Positions 10,101 to 18,907 of a stretch of DNA of 35,229 nt are shown in pieces. How positions within the stretch are numbered: position 1 is the first letter of the stretch; the number at the start of each line of letters is the position of its first letter. The notes beneath the pieces are model-generated. The model saw only the letters and a list, made by a program, of their open reading frames with translations. It had not been told where the DNA came from and ran no database searches. The position numbers and the translations under genes are program-made. Where the stretch lies: sequence record SRR2962707_5509; one strand, written 5' to 3'.

Positions 10101-11934
10101 GCTTATCCTCTATATGTCGGGCGCCAGTGCGGACTCCAAGGAAATGGAAGTCATCATGGCAGAAGCCGAGCAATTGGGCATCAAGGCCATGGCCATGGGC
10201 CTGCCAGCGACGGCTTTCGCCTATTTCTCGACCGCCGGAGCCGATGTGGAGACGATCCTGGGGGACCCTTTGCCTCTCTCCTCGATCAAGAAGGTCAGAC
10301 TTGCGGGTGCCTTTGCCAAGGGGCTGGCCGCCACCGGACGACGCAAATCGGCATTCGAGGTGGCCCGCCACCTGCTCGATGCTGCGCGGGAGCGTGTCTC
10401 GGGGTCAGATGCATTTGCGGCCGATAGCCTTCTGAGTTGGTCCAGTGAACTCGACGAGGTTCTCGAAGTGTTTCTGGCCGTGGCGCCGGCCGCGCAAGGC
10501 GAGGCGTTCAGGCCAGCCGTTGCTGAGGACATTCTGTTCGCCGTGCAGTTCCTTCAGGCGTCCGGCACCTCGGCAACCCTGAGCGAATTGGCAGCTCGAG
10601 GCATGTCTCCATCCCTTGATGCACCTTATCGCCGGTACCTCGATGTTGTCAGGCAGATCGACGCACTTGTGGCCGAACTGGGTGAGGGCGGCTTGGCTGC
10701 AGAATTGACGCCAGAGCTGGACCGCCTGAGATCGGAACGCCAAAGCCTGTCCGAAGTTATCGCTGAAGCGGACCCGGACTACTTCCGGCTTGGAAGGCTG
10801 CAATTTGCCGACACGGAGGCTCTCTCCTCCGCATTGCACGAAGGCGAAGCGATCTTCACGGCCTATGCTCTGGACAATGGGTTGGTGCGGGTCTGGGTCG
10901 ATGGCGATGGGCTCCGTGCGGATCGAACAATGATCGGCGCAGACAGGCTCGGCGCCATGGTCACGGCTTTCCGCCAAAGCATCATCGGGGACGGCACGAG
11001 CAGCGTGCGGGTCGATCTTGCCTATGAGCTGCAGGCGACCCTGCTTGGTGACATCCTGGACGACAAGGATCATGTTCGTCACCTGACATTCGTCCCCAAT
11101 GGTGTGCTGGACGGTCTTCCGTTGGCCGCGTTAATGACCGGGCAATCCGAGAAAGATCGCCTCTCCGGTCAGGAGTTGATGGACCCGGAGCTCCCCTGGC
11201 TTGTGCGGCGCCTGGACCTGGCGGTCCTGCCTTCCGTATCGGGCCTTGTTTCATTGCGGACCGGAATTGCGCCCTCCAATGCGCCAAGGGCTTATCTGGG
11301 CATTGGCAATCCCAGCTATGGCTACACCGATCCCGTGCATGGCCCCCTTGTGTCCCTGCCCGAGACCGAGGCTGAAGTGCGGTTCATCGGCGCCTTGCTG
11401 GGGGCCGATAGCAAAAGGGATCTGCTGGTGGGCGAGGCTGCAACCGAGCAGAATCTGAAAGCCCTGCCGCTTGACCAATACCGTATCCTGACCTTCGCCA
11501 CGCATGGCTTTATCGCTGAAGGGTTGACTGGTGCCACCGAACCCGGACTGGCCCTTTCGGGATCCACGCTCGAAGAGACGCTGCTGACGCGTTCCGATGT
11601 CATGGAGCTTGAGCTCGATGCTGACCTTGTCATTCTCTCGGCCTGCAGTACCGCCAGCTCGGATGGGACACCGGGCGCGGAGGGCTTGTCGGGTCTGGCC
11701 TCGGCTTTCTTTTATGCCGGAACGCGCGGCTTGCTGGTGACCCACTGGGACATTCCGAGCGGCCCGGCGCTGGAACTAACGACCGGCATGATCGAGGCGC
11801 GTGGTGTTGATGGGGCTGTCAGTTGGCCCGAAGCGCTCCAGACCTCGATCGTTGGGATGCTGGATAATCCGCGCTCGCCATTGCATGCCCATCCCGTTTC
11901 ATGGGCCGGACATTTTCTGGTCAGCGCTCAATAG
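7111..11934 (+). CDS. Exported CHAT-domain (caspase-like, clan CD) protease with a peptidoglycan-binding domain, two PAN/Apple domains and a TPR-like helical region
   Basis: Signal peptide ending ARA-Q. PG_binding_1 motif VQERLIDLG...ADGVFGPMTRAAIGAYQ. Two PAN repeats (C..C..C..TYN...CFLK). CHAT motifs FVPNGVLDGLPLAAL, GNP, LPETEAEV, FATHG (His1465), LVILSACST (Cys1512), GLASAFFYAG, THW and HPVSWAG. Confidence 0.92.
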   Translation: MAARFLKQAVLAIAVLGAVAAHGVARAQELGLAERLLVQERLIDLGHLEGSADGVFGPMTRAAIGAYQVGQGQSETGALTSDDLGTLLDPLPLEGFELLDNIDLSGADYRSGMSDPNLKNIGLGACQASCASESRCSAFTYNVGARVCFLKMNAPGRSAFTGAVSGIRLASGLAAGGEGAAISSFDRLENVDLPYNDLRSGMVEPSLKGIDLAACEAQCADDGLCQAYTYNSQARVCFLKSAAAEPVRFSGAYSGIKRDGSASNVADQWVRDPSRLLDWARETITRYEPKTPPLRFDALDAEVSGNVTPGFARDDVYDLSDMAREVTILPQAEGNWSITMRVGEEIDRLETSRLVLGGQYQDWLSALDAWRLSYSDESRAHVAALVPRLEAIIAELDARYGQDNPLSGYVKLDLVTGLGQRYDARWDKGERDAHLERTDRLKREAFSAMARSYAGAPDLAHILQLRAVAAVTSGLPNGDFCEDSDASKAYQAGAELLAMAGVGDLWVGHALADAAGCARSAERVALLERAARLTSQNETQYARALLQLGVARAETGDRDGARAAILNAMAIEKGEAYAHSYGWMRNWFGDFGTVQSLGLADEIDLMLAHRFVEALSDGPQSNTAEMSSYFGTARQLERLERFEVADMFYAAIAGAWDGDPTTPATLVAAQAINDRDYGEAEAIAARLLSLTPPGSNAALRVDFLSMLAQATQLAGDFERSADFAQQALVEIGSANLGQDPGFAEAVRTLEGQIMEALQASGGGRLADTAIDAFDSRLAQACAAGYPVPDLPGVFVTEELERSLFFPDLASRYADCAHDQFGRRFLVEDQFGSVDTKGIEHYFRTLVGLGRTGEAWTDFERILAIDPVRREREDNDGWAIGRNLERLNSATRAAILEGDTAFARRLSEAVIEYLEGELDDLLALDMAQDAVATSILMLKTLGQDEHFVRLASVFDANREAQQMGYSCYGVACDLAIEVRQSLGDLDGVEDYSGRLNNGLILYMSGASADSKEMEVIMAEAEQLGIKAMAMGLPATAFAYFSTAGADVETILGDPLPLSSIKKVRLAGAFAKGLAATGRRKSAFEVARHLLDAARERVSGSDAFAADSLLSWSSELDEVLEVFLAVAPAAQGEAFRPAVAEDILFAVQFLQASGTSATLSELAARGMSPSLDAPYRRYLDVVRQIDALVAELGEGGLAAELTPELDRLRSERQSLSEVIAEADPDYFRLGRLQFADTEALSSALHEGEAIFTAYALDNGLVRVWVDGDGLRADRTMIGADRLGAMVTAFRQSIIGDGTSSVRVDLAYELQATLLGDILDDKDHVRHLTFVPNGVLDGLPLAALMTGQSEKDRLSGQELMDPELPWLVRRLDLAVLPSVSGLVSLRTGIAPSNAPRAYLGIGNPSYGYTDPVHGPLVSLPETEAEVRFIGALLGADSKRDLLVGEAATEQNLKALPLDQYRILTFATHGFIAEGLTGATEPGLALSGSTLEETLLTRSDVMELELDADLVILSACSTASSDGTPGAEGLSGLASAFFYAGTRGLLVTHWDIPSGPALELTTGMIEARGVDGAVSWPEALQTSIVGMLDNPRSPLHAHPVSWAGHFLVSAQ
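7396..7881 (+). repeat. Intragenic tandem duplication encoding two PAN/Apple domains (about 7396-7614 and 7663-7881)
   Basis: Shared peptide pattern N.DL...D.RSGM..P.LK.I.L.AC...C.....C.A.TYN..ARVCFLK.......F.GA.SGI; DNA AGGGTCTGCTTTCTCAA is present in both copies. Confidence 0.9.
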
Positions 11935-12568
11935 ATCTGGCGCCAGGAGCGTGATCGAAGGGCCCCATCGGTTCAAAGGAGCGCGGCAGCCGCGACGCTG
12001 GTCGCGGAGATTGCGACCAAGAGGCTTCTGCGCAAAGCATAGGCGCAGCCTATCCCCACAAACAGGACGTGCAGCGCAAACGGTAACAGGGTCCCGGTGA
12101 TAATCAGGTCAGAGTCTTCGGAATGCGAAGGGGCTCGATCGTGGCGATCTGCAACCCGTTTTCTCCTGTTAACCATGCGATCGAACAGAACTGGAACACA
12201 AAGGGAACTTTGTTCATGGTCCTCGTGTCCGGATCGATGATCGATTCGGTGTCTGGCCGGGCCGCATGTCTGAGGACAAAGCGGCCGCCGATCCGCGCCA
12301 ACGGAACGACGGCCTGACCCTATCCAACCTGATTGACCAGGTGTGAACATGGCTAAGGCCAATATGATTGGGGCATTGCCCCCATGCAAATGCTGCCCGT
12401 CCCCGGGCACTGCTTATCCCCATCCGATCGAACCTGACATCGCGCCCATGGTGCCGATTTGCTGCGGGCCCTAGGCCGCGCCAGCACTCCTTCGTCAGTT
12501 TTGTCATTGTCCTCTCGGCCGTGACGTCGAGATCTCGCAGCCCATGCGGCTGCTCGGGAGAAATTTGC

Positions 12569-13459
12569 ATGTCTTTTCTATCAATGAGCCCGACCTATAA
12601 GTCGGTGAGCTTTTTCGGCGACGATATCAGTCCCCTGGTGCCCGTCATTCTCCATATTGCGGGCCATCGCCGCGCCGAACTGGCCCGCGTTCGGGTCACC
12701 GGTCCGGCAGTCTATGTCGCGCTTTATGCCAATCAGAGCCGTGCCTATGTCGGCGTCAGTGCGGATTATCCCACCCGCGCCGGCGAGGGCCGGCATCTCG
12801 ATACCTATGGTGAGGTCCAGAACCTCTTCATCATCACTGAAGCCCAGGATCGCTGGACGCTGGACGAAGCCCGCGCCAGCGAGCGGATCGTCTGGGAAAC
12901 GCTCCGTGAGGTCTGCGGTCTTGAGACCGTTGGTGAAATCCCGCGCGGGTCACCGGTGGCGCATCGCTATGCGCAGCTGCGCGGCTTTTGCGGGCGCGCC
13001 CTGCAGTTGATCGCCGGCTCGGGCCATGTGGCATTCGATGCGCCTGATCATGCGCTCCTCGCCGGCGCGCTGGGCAATGGGGATATTGTTGAAAAAGACA
13101 GTGTCGGGCTGCCCGATGGAACGCTCCACGCCTTTGTGGGCAAGAATATCGAAGCCCATGCCATCGAGACCGAAGAGGGGGACTGGATCGTCCTGCCCGG
13201 TAGTGAAGTCTGGGCAACTCCCGTCGCCTCGGCTGGCCAGCTGGTTCGGGTTCGCCTTGAGAGCCTGATGTTCGCTGGCTGCCTTGAGCCCCACTACCGT
13301 GATCCGCAATTGCTGGTGGCCCGCATGCCCTTGCGCTTCCCCTCGCCGAGCGGCGCCGCCCAGTTTGTCGCGGGCTCGAAGGGCTATGGGCCTGCCGGCT
13401 GGCACAAAGTCTGCCGTGTCCGCGAAGGTACGCCCGGACCCTTGCCGCGCCGACCCTAG
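12569..13459 (+). CDS. GIY-YIG nuclease-like domain fused to a C-terminal DUF4357 (RAMA-like) domain
   Basis: ATG at 12569 with GGGAG RBS. N-terminal PAVYV...AYVGVS....R....H and the conserved Glu in ARASER. C-terminal WIVLPGS...FPSPSGAAQFVAG...GPAGW is typical of DUF4357. Confidence 0.75.
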   Translation: MSFLSMSPTYKSVSFFGDDISPLVPVILHIAGHRRAELARVRVTGPAVYVALYANQSRAYVGVSADYPTRAGEGRHLDTYGEVQNLFIITEAQDRWTLDEARASERIVWETLREVCGLETVGEIPRGSPVAHRYAQLRGFCGRALQLIAGSGHVAFDAPDHALLAGALGNGDIVEKDSVGLPDGTLHAFVGKNIEAHAIETEEGDWIVLPGSEVWATPVASAGQLVRVRLESLMFAGCLEPHYRDPQLLVARMPLRFPSPSGAAQFVAGSKGYGPAGWHKVCRVREGTPGPLPRRP

Positions 13460-13543
13460 CGCCCAGCCCACCCCCGCCTGGCCCGATTATTCCCGTTTTC
13501 TCAAGCGCCGCAGCGCTCTTCGCGCCGCGCCATAAGGAAATCT

Positions 13544-15418
13544 ATGTCTTTCATTCCCACGCCACCTGAGACTGAGGCGCACTCCGGTCCTGATCCGGAG
13601 ACCCGCATCAAAGCGATCGCAGACCGCTTTTGCAGCGCCATGCTCGACGCCGCCGCGCCGCCTGCCGTCCTCAACGCCCTCGCCGAAAACCGTCCCCAGG
13701 TGATCATTGTCCAGGCGCCAACGGCGGACTGGGTCGACTATCTCGACCAATATTTGCGCGAGGCCTACCCCCTGGCCCTGGTGCTGTCTCGCGATGAGGC
13801 GGTTCGCCGGGACGCCGGGAACTGGTCCAGCCAGACGCTGATGCCGTCGCTACATGGCCGTGCGGTGATCGCCGTCTCCCAGGATCCCCAGTCCCTGATC
13901 CCGCTGCTGCTGCTCGATCTGGCCGACCATCACATCGTGCTTTCTCGCCCCGACCTGCCCATGGTGCAGGCAGTCATCATCGATCTGACGGCGGCCTGTC
14001 CCCGTAAGCTGCGGGCCCATCACCTCGAAGGGATGAGCGCCGGACAATTGCTTGGCGCCTTGCGCCCCGCCAAAAGCGCCGGAGCTATGGCACGCCGCAT
14101 TATTGCAACAACGACACGGGCCCAGACCGCCCACAAGGCTCCCGACGTGCCCAAGCTTTCGGAGCTTGAACTGCCAGACGATGTCGCATCCTGGGCCCAT
14201 CGCATGGCCGCCGATCTGCCTGCGGGTAAAACGAGCGGACTTGAACATGTGCTCATTGCCGGACCGCCTGGTGTCGGCAAGACCCATCTGGTCTATTCCC
14301 TGGCAGCGACTGCCGGTCTGCCGCTGGTCATGACCAATGCCGGAAAATGGTTCACCGAGAAAGGCGGCCATCTCCACGAGGTGCTGGGGGCGCAAACCCA
14401 GTTCTTTGCCGAGCTTACCCGTCTGGCGCCGGCCATTGGCGTGATCGATGAGGTCGATTCGGTTCCCAACCGGACCGTTCTGCGGGGCCATTACGACCCC
14501 TGGTGGATCGGGGTTACCAATGGGCTGCTCACCAATATTGATGGGTTCAATGCCTTAGGCCTTCCCGTCCTGCTGATCGGCATTACCAACACGCCCAACC
14601 GGCTCGACCCGGCACTGGTCCGTCCTGGACGATTGGGCCGCCATCTCGAGATGATCTTGCCCACCTCGCCCGAACAGCGGCTCGCTATGCTGCGCCTGCA
14701 TCTGCCCGAGCCGGTCAAATCGGCAGCGCTCGAGACACTGTTGCCGTTTCTCAATCATCAAAGCCAGGCCGGTCTCAAACAGGTCGCGGTAATGGCATCC
14801 GCTCTGGCCGCAGAAGCGGACAGGGCGATGACCCTCGAAGATCTCCGCAAAGTCCTCTCGCCGTCTGACCACCGCACCCCCGAGGTCCGCCGGGCCGTCG
14901 CCCTGCATGAGGCCGGGCATGCGGTTATGGCCATCACCTACGGCCGCACTGTGCGTTTGGTTGCGATCCATGCCGGGGACGGCCGGGAAGGGCAGACCGA
15001 TATCGAGGCGAGCGGTACCGTCATCCTGACCCCTGAGCGCCTCGAGGAGAATATCCGCATCCGCCTTGCGGGCCGTGCCGCCGACATCGTCAGCGGCACC
15101 GGTCCCAATGCCGGGGCCCGGGCCGATCTCGCCCAGACAGCGGAGATGCTTGAGGACGCCTTTGTGGACCTGCGCTTTTACGGCCCGCCCTCACAATGGC
15201 CGGCTGATGGCGTCGATCCCAATAATCGCAGCGCCATTATCGAGGAGCGGATCGCGACCCTTTTGGCCCAGACCATTGCCTGTCTGACCCCGCTGCGCCC
15301 CGTGCTGGAGGCGGTCGCCGATGCCTTGGTTGAGCACAACGCCCTCTCCGGGACCGATCTGGCCGCCGTTCTGGCGCCCTTTGATCTGCCCAATCCCGAT
15401 ACCCCCAAAACCCCATAG
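13544..15418 (+). CDS. Soluble FtsH-like AAA+ ATPase / peptidase M41 zinc metalloprotease
   Basis: Walker A GPPGVGKT, Walker B GVIDEVD, SRH TNTPNRLDPALVRPGRL, HEAGH zinc motif, LAGRAA, GARADL (third ligand Asp). No TM helices. TAAGGA RBS. Confidence 0.9.
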   Translation: MSFIPTPPETEAHSGPDPETRIKAIADRFCSAMLDAAAPPAVLNALAENRPQVIIVQAPTADWVDYLDQYLREAYPLALVLSRDEAVRRDAGNWSSQTLMPSLHGRAVIAVSQDPQSLIPLLLLDLADHHIVLSRPDLPMVQAVIIDLTAACPRKLRAHHLEGMSAGQLLGALRPAKSAGAMARRIIATTTRAQTAHKAPDVPKLSELELPDDVASWAHRMAADLPAGKTSGLEHVLIAGPPGVGKTHLVYSLAATAGLPLVMTNAGKWFTEKGGHLHEVLGAQTQFFAELTRLAPAIGVIDEVDSVPNRTVLRGHYDPWWIGVTNGLLTNIDGFNALGLPVLLIGITNTPNRLDPALVRPGRLGRHLEMILPTSPEQRLAMLRLHLPEPVKSAALETLLPFLNHQSQAGLKQVAVMASALAAEADRAMTLEDLRKVLSPSDHRTPEVRRAVALHEAGHAVMAITYGRTVRLVAIHAGDGREGQTDIEASGTVILTPERLEENIRIRLAGRAADIVSGTGPNAGARADLAQTAEMLEDAFVDLRFYGPPSQWPADGVDPNNRSAIIEERIATLLAQTIACLTPLRPVLEAVADALVEHNALSGTDLAAVLAPFDLPNPDTPKTP

Positions 15419-15438
15419 TCCCAGAAGGACCCGCAACC

Positions 15439-15846
15439 ATGATCCTGCCCTCTTTTCATATCGGCGTGAGTGACCCGCGCGGCACCATTGGCCTGATCGA
15501 TCTCGATCGCGTTTTTGATCTCGATGATGATCGCATAAGCGATCGGATGCGTCTCAGGATTGCGGCTGCCCGCAAGGCCATGCTGCGCCTGCGCGGCGGC
15601 TGGCGTCCTGGCCAGAAAACGCTCGAACATGCTCCGCGCCTGCATGACTGGACCTTCTATGAATTCGCGCCTTATCGCGTGGTCCTGCACGGCACCGTGG
15701 TCGGGCACCCGCGTTTGGGTAACCGTCCCATGATCCAGACCAGTTTTCTGATTGGGATCGATGCCACGCATCTGAAATGGGCCAGGACCCTGAGCCGCTT
15801 CTATGTGCTTGGAGAGCCTGAAAAGCAGCATGGCGGGTGGGAGTGA
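15439..15846 (+). CDS. DUF6634-like small protein
   Basis: Motif APRLHDW...LHGTVVGHPRLG...IQTS......WARTLSRFYVLG; AAGGA RBS. Family name is from recall. Confidence 0.7.
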   Translation: MILPSFHIGVSDPRGTIGLIDLDRVFDLDDDRISDRMRLRIAAARKAMLRLRGGWRPGQKTLEHAPRLHDWTFYEFAPYRVVLHGTVVGHPRLGNRPMIQTSFLIGIDATHLKWARTLSRFYVLGEPEKQHGGWE

Positions 15847-16099
15847 AATCCCGTCATGCAGGCGCCTGGTATTCGCGACCTTTGGCACCGGTATGGTTCA
15901 TTGCCCTCCGGTGCCTGTTCCCAAAGGGTCACAATGCCCGGGAGTTTGTACATTCTTCATTGCCCGCCTTTAGATTGGTGGGTAGTTTGTCGGCCACGGG
16001 CGTATCGGCTTGGGACGGCGTTGCGAATTCATTTAGTTGGCGTAGTGCGGTCATGGCAGCCCGAAGCTCAAAAGCATCGAACCTCAGGGGTGCTCATTG

Positions 16100-18400
16100 A
16101 TGAGACCCGGTAAGGGCGCGATTATAGGCTGGGCCTGTGCATTGGCCCTGCTGCCGGCGACGACAATTGCGCCTGCACTCGCCCAGGGCCTCTTGCCCGA
16201 CGATTTCTTTTCCGCCCCAATCGACCCTTCCGCACCAACAGCCGTCGAGGCGGAGGAACTGGTCTTCGATTCCGTGCGCAATGAGATCTCGGCCCGCGGG
16301 GACGTGGTGCTGCGCGTCAGCGGCTATACACTCTCAGGCGACCGGCTGGTCTACCGCCGCGCCGACGGGGAAATGGAATTGATCGGCAATGTCGTGGTGA
16401 TCGACCCGGCCGGTAATACCTCGAATAGCGACCGCCTTGACCTGACCGAGGGCCTCAAACGCGTCGTCTTGGACAGCGTGACCCTGACTGGTCACGACGG
16501 CTCGCGCGTCACCGCAGACGACGCCGAGTTCGATCAGGTGCTCAATTCGATCCTGACTAATGCGCGTTATGCCCCTTGTGGCGATTGCGTTGGTCCGTCC
16601 GGTCAACGCATTGGCTGGTCGATTAGCGCCGCCCGGATCGTGCAGAATGCCGAAGACAATTCCATTACACTGGAACAGCCGAGTTTGGCCTTGCTGGGCG
16701 TGCCCGTCGCCTGGCTGCCCTTTCTCTGGCTGCCCGATCTCAGCAATGACGCGCTCGATACCATCCCCAAGCCCACTCTGGGCTACAGCGAAAAAACCGG
16801 GGTTAAGGTCGAGGTGCCTTTTACGGTCTATTCGACCCGCGACACCAATGTCATCCTTTCGCCGACCCTTCTGAGCCGTCAGGGCTTCCTGATGGGCGCT
16901 GAATGGATTCAGCGCTTTGATCGCGGCTCGTTCAGCATCAAAGCCTCGGGGCTCTACCAGTTCGACAAGACCGCCTTCACCTTTGCCGACGCAAAGACTG
17001 ATTGGCGTGGCGCCATACAGGCTGCAGGCGAATTCAAGCCTGTGGACGACTGGACAGTTGGCGCGGCCTATTCGCTGTTCACCGACAGCGCCTATTTTGC
17101 CGACTATATGCTCGATCCGCGCCGCTCGGCGGTCAATGAGATCTATGCCACCCATTTGAGCGACGACACCTATATCGACGCCCGCATTCAGCAATACAAC
17201 AAGCTGGGCGAGAATCCCGATTCAGTGCGGGACCAACAGGGTATTGCGCTCCCCAATATCCGGGTCGAACGCAGTTTCGCCCTGCCGCCGGGTGCAGGCC
17301 GGGTGGACGTGGAAGCGCGCTTGCTCGGGATAACACGCAAGCTGGACTACACCACCACGGTCAATGGCATCCCTTATGATTATGGCTATGCCGGAAACCG
17401 CGTGCACGGCATGGCGCAGGCGAGCTGGCAGAACCAGTGGATTGCTGGCGGTGCCGTGGTGACGCCATTCCTCGGATTGCGGCTGGACGCTGCCGGCTAT
17501 GATGGCGGCAGTGCCCTGGCGTCGGCGCCGGCCGCCCAGACGCTTCTGGGCGCAACGCCCATCGCGGCACTCGATGTGCGCTACCCCATGGCCGCTTATG
17601 GCAATGGCGTGACCCATCTCGTCGAGCCGATTGGCCAGATCGTCTATCGCGGCGCCTCCAATATTGCGCCGGGGATCACCAATGAAACCTCCCAAAGCCT
17701 GGTCTTCGATGACACCAACATCTTCAGCTACAACCGCTTTTCCGGCATCGATCGGCAGGAAACCGGGCTGCGGGTTAATCTGGGTGGGCGTTATCTCGCC
17801 AGCCTGATGGACGGCAGCTATGTCGAGCTGGTGGGCGGGCAATCCTTCCAACTGGCGGGCACTAATGCGTTTGCCTTGGGCAACCAACAACAGGTCGGCG
17901 TCGGCTCGGGCCTCGAAAATGCGGCGTCCTACGCCGTGGTTGGCGCCTATGGGGCCCTGGCCAATTCCCTCAAAGCTGGCGGCAAACTGCAGGTCGACAC
18001 GACGAGCTTTGAAATTGCGCGCGCAGGTCTGGGCGTAAGCTACGGGCAGGACGGTTGGTCTGGCGCGCTGAACTACCGCTACGCCGCGGCAACGCCGGCG
18101 ACCGGCAATATCAAGGACATGCACGAAGTTGGTGTCGAAGCGCGCGTTCCGGTCGCCGAATATTGGAGTGCCAGCGGCAACGCCTATTGGGATCTGTCAG
18201 CCAACAGCTTTCTGCAAGTCGGCGGCGGCTTTACCTATAATGATGGCTATCTGGTTCTCTCCGGCAACGTCACGCGCACCGGGCCCACACATAGCTCACC
18301 CAATGATCTTCGCGCCACTGCCACCTTCCGCCTGCTCGCCCCAGCGGGCTTGGACGTCGGCTATTCCGGCGCCGTGCCGGTTGGCAATTTGCTGCAATAG
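16100..18400 (+). CDS. lptD: LPS-assembly protein LptD homologue
   Basis: Signal peptide ending ALA-Q, OstA-like jellyroll N-terminus (VEAEELVFD...ARGDV), YAPCGDC, GVPVAWLPF, and barrel motifs RYP, VEPIGQI, NETSQSLVFDDTNIFSYNRFSGIDRQETGLR. Confidence 0.92.
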   Translation: MRPGKGAIIGWACALALLPATTIAPALAQGLLPDDFFSAPIDPSAPTAVEAEELVFDSVRNEISARGDVVLRVSGYTLSGDRLVYRRADGEMELIGNVVVIDPAGNTSNSDRLDLTEGLKRVVLDSVTLTGHDGSRVTADDAEFDQVLNSILTNARYAPCGDCVGPSGQRIGWSISAARIVQNAEDNSITLEQPSLALLGVPVAWLPFLWLPDLSNDALDTIPKPTLGYSEKTGVKVEVPFTVYSTRDTNVILSPTLLSRQGFLMGAEWIQRFDRGSFSIKASGLYQFDKTAFTFADAKTDWRGAIQAAGEFKPVDDWTVGAAYSLFTDSAYFADYMLDPRRSAVNEIYATHLSDDTYIDARIQQYNKLGENPDSVRDQQGIALPNIRVERSFALPPGAGRVDVEARLLGITRKLDYTTTVNGIPYDYGYAGNRVHGMAQASWQNQWIAGGAVVTPFLGLRLDAAGYDGGSALASAPAAQTLLGATPIAALDVRYPMAAYGNGVTHLVEPIGQIVYRGASNIAPGITNETSQSLVFDDTNIFSYNRFSGIDRQETGLRVNLGGRYLASLMDGSYVELVGGQSFQLAGTNAFALGNQQQVGVGSGLENAASYAVVGAYGALANSLKAGGKLQVDTTSFEIARAGLGVSYGQDGWSGALNYRYAAATPATGNIKDMHEVGVEARVPVAEYWSASGNAYWDLSANSFLQVGGGFTYNDGYLVLSGNVTRTGPTHSSPNDLRATATFRLLAPAGLDVGYSGAVPVGNLLQ

Positions 18401-18412
18401 GGAAGGGGAGCC

Positions 18413-18907
18413 ATGACACATCGCATCTTTGGATTTGCGTTTGCATTCGCCGTCCTGGCCGGCACTCTGGCAGGATGCACCAGCCTTGCGCCGGTCTATG
18501 GCGATCCTTCGTCTGGTCGTGACTTGAGCACGGTCCGGTTCAACTTCGCGTCGCCTGACAACCATCTCGAGCAGATCATCCTCAATCGCCTCAAGGTCGC
18601 GTTTCCGGGACCGGCGTCGCCAAGCGATCCGATACTGGACATCGCTGCCGGCACCAGCACCCCACAAGGCTCGATGTCCGATGCCTATGCCGTGGCGCGA
18701 CCGGTCAATGTGCGGGTGGAGGCCAGCGTGACCATCGAGCAGGGTGATGAGGTCGTGTTCGAGGCAACGCGCTTCACCGATACCGCCTATCAGGGCGACA
18801 AGCTGACTCCAACGGATATAGCGTCCGCGACCGCTGCCCGGGAGACCGCGGCCAGAAGCACGGCCGAGGCTTTGCGAGCGGCGATCCTGGCCGGATATAA
18901 CCGCTAG
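18413..18907 (+). CDS. lptE: LptE-like outer-membrane lipoprotein
   Basis: Lipobox LAGC followed by TSLAPVYG (alphaproteobacterial LptE-like N-terminus), about 160 aa, C-terminal helix ARETAARSTAEALR. Starts 12 bp after lptD with a GGGGAG RBS. Confidence 0.72.
   Translation: MTHRIFGFAFAFAVLAGTLAGCTSLAPVYGDPSSGRDLSTVRFNFASPDNHLEQIILNRLKVAFPGPASPSDPILDIAAGTSTPQGSMSDAYAVARPVNVRVEASVTIEQGDEVVFEATRFTDTAYQGDKLTPTDIASATAARETAARSTAEALRAAILAGYNR

Noticed and set aside
11935-12560. Short ORFs or an ncRNA in the 630-bp gap
   Set aside because: No recognisable motif, RBS-supported ORF or convincing structure was seen; an Rfam search would be needed.
12368-12568. N-terminal extension of the GIY-YIG ORF
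   Set aside because: The sequence is not protein-like, and a better ATG with an RBS lies at 12569.
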